A DNA stretch of 38,116 nucleotides, from NCBI GenBank assembly GCA_023660035.1, contig JAGXOF010000002.1, positions 1 to 38,116 on the forward strand, given 5' to 3'. This document shows positions 31,185 to 38,116 of this stretch, one piece after another. How positions within the stretch are numbered: position 1 is the first letter of the stretch; every line of letters begins with the position of its first letter. The translations under genes were made by a program, and so were the position numbers. Source of the stretch: Dehalococcoidia bacterium LH_S1 (lineage in GTDB: Bacteria > Chloroflexota > Dehalococcoidia > SZUA-161 > SpSt-899). The notes below the pieces were generated by a model. It was given only the letters and a program-made list of their open reading frames with translations. It searched no databases and was not told the origin of the DNA.

Positions 31185-33101
31185 ATGAAAAATCTCTACC
31201 CTGTTTTCCTAGACATTAACTCCAAGAAGTGCGTGGTTGTAGGAGGGGGGCAGGTTGCCGAAAGAAGGGTGAAGTCCCTCTTTGAGTGCGGTGCCTCAGT
31301 AAAGGTAATCAGTCCAGAAGTTTCCGGGAATCTTGAGCTAATGGCGGGGGAGGGGTTTATTGAGATTGTGAAGCGAGGATTTCGCTCTGGAGATCTGGAA
31401 GGTGCTCTTCTGGCTATCGCGGCCTCTGACCAGGCAGAGATTAACAGGAGCGTGGTTAATGAGGCCAAGCGGATGGGAGTGCTAGTCGACAACAGCACTG
31501 AGCCGGCTGAAGGCAGCTTTATCCTCCCCTCAGTGGTTCGCAGCGGTGGTCTAGCAATAGCCATCTCTACCAGCGGGGGCAGCCCAACTCTCGCCAGAAT
31601 GATAAGGGAAGAACTGGAGCAAAGTCTGGGGCCAGAGCATGCCACTCTCGTTGAACTCGTCTCTGAAGTGCGTGCCGAACTTCGGAGAAGAGGCAAGCAG
31701 ATTCCTTTTCAAGGGTGGCGGGACTCTATTGATTTGGAGTTACTCGGTCTAATTAAAAAGGGCAAGGTTGCTATTGCCAGGGAAAGGCTTGTCTCCAACC
31801 TAGAGAGTGGAGGAAAGCAAAGGGAGGGAATCCTGGTTGTCGGTGCAAATCATAGGACAGCCCCCGTGGAGGTGCGGGAAAAGCTTGCCTTAACCAGCAA
31901 CCAACTGGAAGAAGCTCATCATCTCCTCACCAGATATGTAAACCAGGGGGTCATCCTCAGCACCTGTAATCGTACCGAGGTCTATGCCATGGTATCCGAG
32001 CCTGAGGAGGGGATCCAGAAGGTCAGGCACCTTTTCAGCGAATGGTGTAGCGTCTCGTTAGATGAGCTCTCAAGCTATTGGTATACCTATTTTCAGGAGG
32101 ATGCGGTGAGGCACCTTTTCCAAGTATCTTCAGGATTGGATTCCATGGTTTTGGGCGATGAGCAGATTCGAGGTCAGGTGCGCCAGGCAGTTGAAGTAGC
32201 TTCGGCTGCTGGCTCACTGAAGCATCCACTCCTGCGCTTGTTCCAGCAGGCATTAGGGGTGGGTAAGCGGGTGCGAAATGAGAGCGAAATCGGGAAATAC
32301 GGGGCCTCGGCGAGTCATGCCAGTGTGGCCCTGGCTAGAAAAGTCTTTGGTGAGATTGGAGCTTGCTCGGTGCTCATTATTGGTGCTGGACAGGTGGGAA
32401 GATTGACTGCGAAGGCAATGAGGGATAGCAATGTCCAGCAACTCACCATTATCAGCCGCAACCGCGAGAAAGCAACAGCTCTGGCTGAGAGGTTCAATGC
32501 CAAGGTAGCTACATTTGACCAACTAACTGGATGTTTAGCCAACTCAGACGTCGTTATCAGCTCCACCGGTGCTAGCGACTTCATACTGAGCTCCGATGAG
32601 GTTAGACAGGCTATGCAAAGGCGGGAGCATCGACCTCTCTTGCTCATTGATATTGCTGTCCCCCGAGATATTGACCCCCAAGTGAAGGAGTTAGGGAATG
32701 TTTACCTCTGTGATATCGATGACCTTGAAGCAGTTCCCACATCTGACCCCAGCGAGAAACAAGACAAGCTATTAAAGGCAGAGGCTATCATTGACTATGA
32801 GGTAGCTAAATTTATGGAGTGGTGGCACGCTTTGGAAGTGGTGCCAACTATTATTGCTCTGCGGGGGAAAGCCGAGGATGTCCGCCAAAGAGAGGTGAAT
32901 AAGAACTCGAGCAAAATGCCAGAGCTTTCAGAAGAGGAGCGGGCACGAATCGACGCTTTGACAAGGAGTATTGTGAGTAAAATACTTCATAACCCCACTA
33001 TCGGGCTTAAGGATAGGAACAGGGGACAGAGATACCAGTTAATGGTCGAAGAGCTTTTCGCCCTAAAAGACAGCGGTTTGAATACCAGAGGTAAAGAATG
33101 A
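31185..33101 (+). CDS. hemA: Fusion protein: precorrin-2 dehydrogenase/SirC (CysG N-domain-like) plus glutamyl-tRNA reductase HemA
   Basis: N-terminus: YPVFLDINSKKCVVVGGGQVAERRV...AISTSGGSPTLARMIREELE (SirC/Met8-like). From about residue 215: ILVVGANHRTAPVEVREKL...LSTCNRTEVYA (HemA catalytic Cys) and GAGQVG NADPH site. ATG at 31185 preceded by AAGGGGA. Confidence 0.88.
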   Translation: MKNLYPVFLDINSKKCVVVGGGQVAERRVKSLFECGASVKVISPEVSGNLELMAGEGFIEIVKRGFRSGDLEGALLAIAASDQAEINRSVVNEAKRMGVLVDNSTEPAEGSFILPSVVRSGGLAIAISTSGGSPTLARMIREELEQSLGPEHATLVELVSEVRAELRRRGKQIPFQGWRDSIDLELLGLIKKGKVAIARERLVSNLESGGKQREGILVVGANHRTAPVEVREKLALTSNQLEEAHHLLTRYVNQGVILSTCNRTEVYAMVSEPEEGIQKVRHLFSEWCSVSLDELSSYWYTYFQEDAVRHLFQVSSGLDSMVLGDEQIRGQVRQAVEVASAAGSLKHPLLRLFQQALGVGKRVRNESEIGKYGASASHASVALARKVFGEIGACSVLIIGAGQVGRLTAKAMRDSNVQQLTIISRNREKATALAERFNAKVATFDQLTGCLANSDVVISSTGASDFILSSDEVRQAMQRREHRPLLLIDIAVPRDIDPQVKELGNVYLCDIDDLEAVPTSDPSEKQDKLLKAEAIIDYEVAKFMEWWHALEVVPTIIALRGKAEDVRQREVNKNSSKMPELSEEERARIDALTRSIVSKILHNPTIGLKDRNRGQRYQLMVEELFALKDSGLNTRGKE

Positions 33102-34024
33102 GACCAACAAGGGTGATTACCATTGGATCGCGTGGCAGTCGTCTTGCCCTCTGCCAGACGCAGCACATTGCTAATCGCCTGCAGGATTCCCATCCTCAAT
33201 TCAGGTTCGTCATCAAGCGAATAAGAACCAAAGGTGACGAGCTTGAGGAGACCCATTTATCTCGCTTTGGAGGAAAAGAGGTTTTTATCAAGGAACTGGA
33301 GGCAGCTCTATTGGCTGGTGAGAGCGACTTAGCAGTGCACAGTTTTAAGGACCTCTCCCTTCAGCCCCCACAAGGGTTGGAGATAGCAGCTGTTAGTCAA
33401 AGAGAGGATGCACGAGATGTGCTGGTCTCCGTGAAAGCTAATTCTCTAAGCCAGCTTCCCCATGGTGCCAGCATCGGCACTAGCAGTCTAAGGCGCACTG
33501 CGCAGGTCAAGTCTCTCCGCCCTGATCTTGATGTTGGCGACATCAGGGGGAACATTGACACCCGCCTCCATAAAGTCTCCAGCGGGCTGTTTGATGGTAT
33601 CATCCTCGCTGCCGCTGGAGTGATACGGCTGGGTTGGGAAGACCAAATCACCGAGTACCTTCCGATAGATATTTGCCTCCCTGCTGTGGGGCAGGGTGCA
33701 CTGGCAATAGAGGCACGGGAGGGAGACGAGGAAATAAAACCAGTGGTCTCATTTCTCAACCATGAACTCACCAGACAGGCTATCACCGCAGAACAAGTCT
33801 TCCTACGTTTCCTCGGGGGTGGCTGCCACACTCCCATTGCTGCCTTTGGCCAAATCAACAACGGAGTTCTGGAGCTAGAGGGTATGGTATCGACACCTGA
33901 CGGGAGCAAATTGCTGCGAGCGAAGGTAAAAGGCAGCGCTGAACTTCCTGAAGAAGTGGGTAGTCTCCTGGGAGAGAAGCTGATTGCCTGGGGAGCGAAA
34001 GAGATTTTGGGAGGGACAACCTGA
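33098..34024 (+). CDS. hemC: Hydroxymethylbilane synthase (porphobilinogen deaminase)
   Basis: IGSRGSRLALCQT, GNIDTRL, and the GGCHTPIAA cofactor Cys. 308 aa. Confidence 0.93.
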   Translation: MRPTRVITIGSRGSRLALCQTQHIANRLQDSHPQFRFVIKRIRTKGDELEETHLSRFGGKEVFIKELEAALLAGESDLAVHSFKDLSLQPPQGLEIAAVSQREDARDVLVSVKANSLSQLPHGASIGTSSLRRTAQVKSLRPDLDVGDIRGNIDTRLHKVSSGLFDGIILAAAGVIRLGWEDQITEYLPIDICLPAVGQGALAIEAREGDEEIKPVVSFLNHELTRQAITAEQVFLRFLGGGCHTPIAAFGQINNGVLELEGMVSTPDGSKLLRAKVKGSAELPEEVGSLLGEKLIAWGAKEILGGTT

Positions 34025-35547
34025 TGGAAGGAAAAGTCTATTTAGTGGGGGCTGGGCCCGGTAACCCCGGTCTTATCACACTCAAGGGTCTCCATTGTTT
34101 GGAGAAAGCTGATGTCATTATTTATGACCATCTTGTGGATAAAGGTCTCCTTAATAAGGTTAGATATGAAGCGGAGCTCATATATGTTGGGAAGCAATCC
34201 AAGGCACACCTGATGTCACAGAAGCAGATTAACGCTCTACTCGTGGCCAAAGCCAGGCAGGGGAAAATAGTGGTTCGTCTTAAGAGTGGCGACCCCTTCG
34301 TCCTGGGACGGGGAGGTGAGGAAACGGAAGTCTTAGCAGCCGAGGGCATCCCCTTTGAAATAGTGCCCGGCGTAACGGCAGCAATATCAGCGCCCGCTTA
34401 CGCCGGTATCCCGGTTACTCACCGTGGTCTCTCTTCGTCTTTCGCTGTAATCACTGGCCACGAAAGCTCACCTGAATCCGGGTCAAGGATAGCCTGGGAT
34501 AAAATATCCACCGGTGTTGATACCCTGGTCTTTGTAATGGGAGTAGCTAACCTTGCTTCCATTACCGCTCGTCTAATAGAGAATGGCCGTTCCTCAACCA
34601 CTCCAGTGGCTTTGATCCAATGGGGAACAACTCCGAAGCAGCAGGTTGTAGAAGGAACTCTGTCTGATATAGTCCCCAGCGCCAGGGAAACAAACACTGG
34701 CTCACCAGCAGTGCTTATAGTAGGCGAGGTGGTCAAGCTTCACCACAAACTCCGCTGGTTTGAGAATAAACCTCTCTTTGGAAAGAGGATATTGGTTACA
34801 AGGAGTAGAGAGCAAGCTAGTGCTCTCGACGACATCCTTTCTCTGGAAGGTGCTGAGCCAATCGAAATACCCACGATAAAGATTGAGCCTACTCTTAGCC
34901 AAGACCATTTAGATAATGTCCTATCGCGGCTCGCTGAGTTTCACTGGTTGCTCTTCACCAGCGTTAATGGCGTTGAAGCCTTCTTTGCCCATCTCCATCA
35001 GCATGGTCTGGACTCAAGGAAGCTATATGGCCTCAAGGTTTGTGCTATAGGTGAGGCGACAGCCACAGCATTGCGTAAATACGGGATTCAGGCTGACTTG
35101 ATACCACAGGAGTATAGCTCTCATGGCATCCTCGCCTGTCTTAAAGAAGAGGGAATAAAGGGCAAACGCCTCCTTTTGCCCTGCTCCCAGTTAATCAATA
35201 GAGACTTAATTCAGGGGCTTTCACAACTTGGGGCAGAGGTTGAGCAGGTAATATCTTATCGTACCCTGCCTGTGGATAGTGGGAAGAGCAAAGTAAAAGA
35301 GCTTCTCATAAAGGGGGAGATAGATGCGATAACTTTTACCAGTCCATCCACGGTGCGAGGACTTATCTCCATGTTGGAAAGCAAAGTGGAAGCTCTAAAT
35401 AAGGCGTTTATTGCCTGCATTGGACCGATCACTGCTGCCGCAGCAAGCGAATCCAAGTTAAGGGTAGACATGATAGCTAAGGAATATACTATCAATGGTC
35501 TGGTTGCGGCTTTGGTAGAAAGGTATAAGAAGGAGGCTGAGCGATGA
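34024..35547 (+). CDS. cobA/hemD: Bifunctional uroporphyrinogen-III C-methyltransferase / uroporphyrinogen-III synthase
   Basis: N-terminus: [18 protein letters not shown]...ADVIIYD...[12 protein letters not shown] (SUMT). C-terminal about 250 aa is HemD-like ([11 protein letters not shown]...FTSPSTV). Confidence 0.9.
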   Translation: MEGKVYLVGAGPGNPGLITLKGLHCLEKADVIIYDHLVDKGLLNKVRYEAELIYVGKQSKAHLMSQKQINALLVAKARQGKIVVRLKSGDPFVLGRGGEETEVLAAEGIPFEIVPGVTAAISAPAYAGIPVTHRGLSSSFAVITGHESSPESGSRIAWDKISTGVDTLVFVMGVANLASITARLIENGRSSTTPVALIQWGTTPKQQVVEGTLSDIVPSARETNTGSPAVLIVGEVVKLHHKLRWFENKPLFGKRILVTRSREQASALDDILSLEGAEPIEIPTIKIEPTLSQDHLDNVLSRLAEFHWLLFTSVNGVEAFFAHLHQHGLDSRKLYGLKVCAIGEATATALRKYGIQADLIPQEYSSHGILACLKEEGIKGKRLLLPCSQLINRDLIQGLSQLGAEVEQVISYRTLPVDSGKSKVKELLIKGEIDAITFTSPSTVRGLISMLESKVEALNKAFIACIGPITAAAASESKLRVDMIAKEYTINGLVAALVERYKKEAER

Positions 35548-36521
35548 ATTTTCCCCAGGTAAGGTTGCGTCGGTTGCGAAGAACGGAGCCCCTACGGCGG
35601 ATGGTCAGGGAGACAAGGCTGGAGATAGCAAACCTCATCTATCCTCTGTTTGTGACTCACGGTAAGGGTGTGACCCAAGCAATTGGAGCCATGCCAAGAA
35701 TATTCCGTTTCTCTGTGGACAAACTGCCTGAGGAGGTAGGGGAGATAGCTGACCTAGGGATACCCGCTGTTCTCCTCTTTGGTCTGCCAGAAGCAAAGGA
35801 TGAAGCAGGTTCGGGTGCTTATGAACCAAAGGGTGTTGTCCAAGAAGCAGTAAGGGTAATCAAGAAAACCAGGCCCGAATTGGTGGTGATAGTCGATGTT
35901 TGCCTGTGCGAGTACACTAGCCACGGTCACTGCGGCGTGGTGGTAAATGGAGAGATAGATAACGATAAAACTCTAGAATTCTTGGCTCGAACGGCCGTTT
36001 CCCTGGCAGGAGCCGGGGCAGACATAGTGGCCCCCTCAGCTATGATGGACGGAATGGTTGCCGCCATTCGGACAAAACTGGACGAAAGTGGGTATCAAAG
36101 AGTCCCTATTATGTCCTACGCTGCCAAGTATGCCTCGGCTTTTTATGGGCCTTTTCGTGAGGCAGCGGAGTGTGCTCCCCATTTCGGTGACCGCCGTAGC
36201 TACCAGATGGATTCGGCAAATGTGAGGGAGGCTTTGCGTGAGGTGGAGCAGGACATCCAGGAGGGAGCCGATATTATCATGGTAAAGCCAGCCTTACCCT
36301 ATCTCGATGTTCTCTCCAAGGTTAGAGATACCTTTAATTACCCTCTCGCTGCCTACAATGTCAGTGGTGAATACAGTATGGTCAATGCAGCTGCCGAAAA
36401 TGGCTGGATTGACGAAAAGGGCGTTGTTCTGGAAATCATCACCGCTATCAAGAGGGCTGGGGCAGATATGATAATCACCTATCACGCGAAAGAGGTGGCC
36501 AGATGGTTAACTATTTTGTAG
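35544..36521 (+). CDS. hemB: Porphobilinogen synthase (ALA dehydratase), Zn-type
   Basis: [18 protein letters not shown], Cys-rich metal site [14 protein letters not shown], active-site Lys region IIMVKPA. 325 aa. Confidence 0.93.
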   Translation: MNFPQVRLRRLRRTEPLRRMVRETRLEIANLIYPLFVTHGKGVTQAIGAMPRIFRFSVDKLPEEVGEIADLGIPAVLLFGLPEAKDEAGSGAYEPKGVVQEAVRVIKKTRPELVVIVDVCLCEYTSHGHCGVVVNGEIDNDKTLEFLARTAVSLAGAGADIVAPSAMMDGMVAAIRTKLDESGYQRVPIMSYAAKYASAFYGPFREAAECAPHFGDRRSYQMDSANVREALREVEQDIQEGADIIMVKPALPYLDVLSKVRDTFNYPLAAYNVSGEYSMVNAAAENGWIDEKGVVLEIITAIKRAGADMIITYHAKEVARWLTIL

Positions 36522-37810
36522 CTCGGAGTTCAAAGCAGCTTTTTCAGGAGGCGAAGCAATACATACCTGGTGGCGTGAATAGCTCGGTGCGTGCTTTTAA
36601 AGCTGTGGGAGGAGAACCGCTCTTTATCCATCGGGGGGCGGGCTGTCGAATCTATGATGAGGATGACAATGAATTCATTGACTATGTTCTTTCTTGGGGG
36701 CCGCTCATCCTGGGGCACGCTCACCCAAGGGTAGTGGCTGTTTTAAGGTCCACTTTAGAGAATGGCACCAGCTTCGGGGCTTCTACGAGGTTGGAGAATA
36801 TCCTGGCCCAGATGATATGTAATGCCGTGCCTTCAATAGGGATGATACGCTTTGTCAATTCCGGCACTGAGGCAGTGATGTCTGCCATTCGTCTTGCTCG
36901 TGCCTTTACCCATCGTGATAAGGTTATCAAGTTTACTGGATGCTATCATGGACATTCAGATGGGCTTTTGGTTAAGGCAGGGTCAGGGGCCGCTACCTTA
37001 GGGATACCTGATAGCCAGGGTGTCCCTCTTTCATATGCCCAAGAGACACTGGTAGCACCCTATAATGACCTCCCAGCGGTAGAACGCCTTTTTAAGGTAT
37101 ATCCTGATGAAATTGCCGCAGTCATCGTCGAGCCAGTGGCCGCCAATATGGGGGTAGTACTTCCAAAGCCAGGTTTCCTTCAGGGTCTGCGCCAGCTCAG
37201 TCAAGACTATGGTGCTGTGCTCATTTTTGATGAGGTCATCACCGGCTTCCGTCTTGCATATGGCAGCGCTCAAACAGTGTATGGTGTCACACCTGACCTC
37301 ATTTGTTTGGGCAAAATCATAGGTGGGGGACTCCCCATTGGTGCCTATGGCGGGAGGAGAGAAATTATGGAGATGGTTGCTCCCTTAGGTCCGGTCTATC
37401 AAGCGGGCACTCTCTCAGGAAACCCTCTAGCAATGGCAGCTGGCATAGAGACTCTTAAGCTCCTAAGAGAACCACAAGTATATCAAAGACTTGAGGAAAG
37501 GGCTGCTCTTCTAGCCCAAGGGATAAGGGACAAAGCCAAGGAAATGAGCGTCCCTATATTCTTATCCAGAGCCGGCTCAATGCTCACCATCTTCTTCACT
37601 GCTCAGGAGGTAACAAACTATGACACAGCTTGTTCCTCTGACCTCAAACTTTACGCCTCCTACTTCCACGAGATGTTGAGGAGGGGTATATATCTCCCCC
37701 CCTCTCAGTTTGAGGCGCAGTTTCTTTCCATAGCTCATGGTGATGAAGAAATAGGGGCTACAATAGCGGCTGTTAAACAAACGTTCTCGAAGCTACGAAA
37801 TATGAAGTAG
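36503..37810 (+). CDS. hemL: Glutamate-1-semialdehyde 2,1-aminomutase
   Basis: [21 protein letters not shown] and GKIIGGGLP (PLP Lys) motifs. 435 aa. 19-nt overlap with hemB. Confidence 0.93.
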   Translation: MVNYFVARSSKQLFQEAKQYIPGGVNSSVRAFKAVGGEPLFIHRGAGCRIYDEDDNEFIDYVLSWGPLILGHAHPRVVAVLRSTLENGTSFGASTRLENILAQMICNAVPSIGMIRFVNSGTEAVMSAIRLARAFTHRDKVIKFTGCYHGHSDGLLVKAGSGAATLGIPDSQGVPLSYAQETLVAPYNDLPAVERLFKVYPDEIAAVIVEPVAANMGVVLPKPGFLQGLRQLSQDYGAVLIFDEVITGFRLAYGSAQTVYGVTPDLICLGKIIGGGLPIGAYGGRREIMEMVAPLGPVYQAGTLSGNPLAMAAGIETLKLLREPQVYQRLEERAALLAQGIRDKAKEMSVPIFLSRAGSMLTIFFTAQEVTNYDTACSSDLKLYASYFHEMLRRGIYLPPSQFEAQFLSIAHGDEEIGATIAAVKQTFSKLRNMK

Positions 37811-37812
37811 GC

Positions 37813-38116
37813 ATGGATAGACAAAATAACAAATTGCTACGCTCAGGCTATACTACAGGCGCCTGTGCTGCCGCAGCGGCTAAGGCGGCTGCTCTTGCTC
37901 TGCTCAACCAGAGGATGGTTAAGCAGATTCAGATCACTCTTCCTGCAGGGGAAAAGGTAAATTTTGTGGTGAGTCGTTGTATATTCGATAGCCTTGAGGC
38001 GTCCTGCTCGGTGATAAAGGATGCTGGGGATGACCCTGATGTGACCAATGGGGTAGAAATCTATGCCACAGTGTCGTGGAGCAAAGGGGTGGGGGTCAGT
38101 GTCGAAGGTGGGGAGG
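37813..38116 (+). CDS. cbiD: Cobalt-precorrin-5B C1-methyltransferase CbiD, 5' part (runs off the window)
   Basis: ATG at 37813. Reads MDRQNNKLLRSGYTTGACAAAAAKAAALALL...VIKDAGDDPDVTNGVEIYA, the typical CbiD N-terminus. The frame is open to the window end. Confidence 0.85.
   Translation, partial: MDRQNNKLLRSGYTTGACAAAAAKAAALALLNQRMVKQIQITLPAGEKVNFVVSRCIFDSLEASCSVIKDAGDDPDVTNGVEIYATVSWSKGVGVSVEGGE

Overview
Bacterial chromosomal window with Shine-Dalgarno RBSs and sigma70-like promoters. The gene content suggests an anaerobe, possibly Chloroflexota/Dehalococcoidia-like, but that is a guess from gene flavour only. All family calls rest on motifs I recognise by eye; no searches were run.

Left part (1-16.8 kb):
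- four tRNAs: Pro-GGG, Leu-CAG, Arg-GCG, Arg-UCU
- housekeeping genes: fabG, a MaoC hot-dog pair, queA, ffh, a bifunctional nuclease, a gamma-CA-like protein, an MBL hydrolase, NUDIX
- a Fur-family regulator with a perfect 7-1-7 operator
- a dedicated sorting locus: a lamin-tail-domain protein with a PEP-CTERM-like tail, an exosortase/archaeosortase-family protein, a YdjM-like membrane hydrolase and a geranylgeranyl-reductase-family protein
- unusually heavy gene decay: plsX, fabF, degV and tex remnants plus two transposase fragments

Right part (17.2-38.1 kb) is one uninterrupted plus-strand tetrapyrrole/corrinoid super-operon with many overlapping stop/start junctions. In order: a CbiX(small)-CbiC fusion, a radical SAM/SPASM enzyme, a ChlI/ChlD-type fusion, two paralogous lipoprotein SBPs, a FecCD permease, an ATPase, CobN, an ABC-2 exporter pair, a SirC-HemA fusion, hemC, cobA-hemD, hemB, hemL, and cbiD cut by the window end.

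Most interesting candidates:
1. The unassigned radical SAM/SPASM gene, translationally coupled between CbiX-CbiC and a class I (CobN + ChlI/D) chelatase. That chelatase coexists with the class II chelatase and has a chelate-type ABC importer nested between its subunits.
2. The single-substrate exosortase locus with a membrane hydrolase and a GGR homologue, lying next to a decayed fatty-acid/phospholipid locus.
3. Duplication and recombination footprints inside the operon: homogenised 5' ends of the two SBP genes, a 77-nt out-of-frame tandem duplication, and a 66-nt in-frame duplication.

I could not find a cobalamin riboswitch or a CRISPR array.
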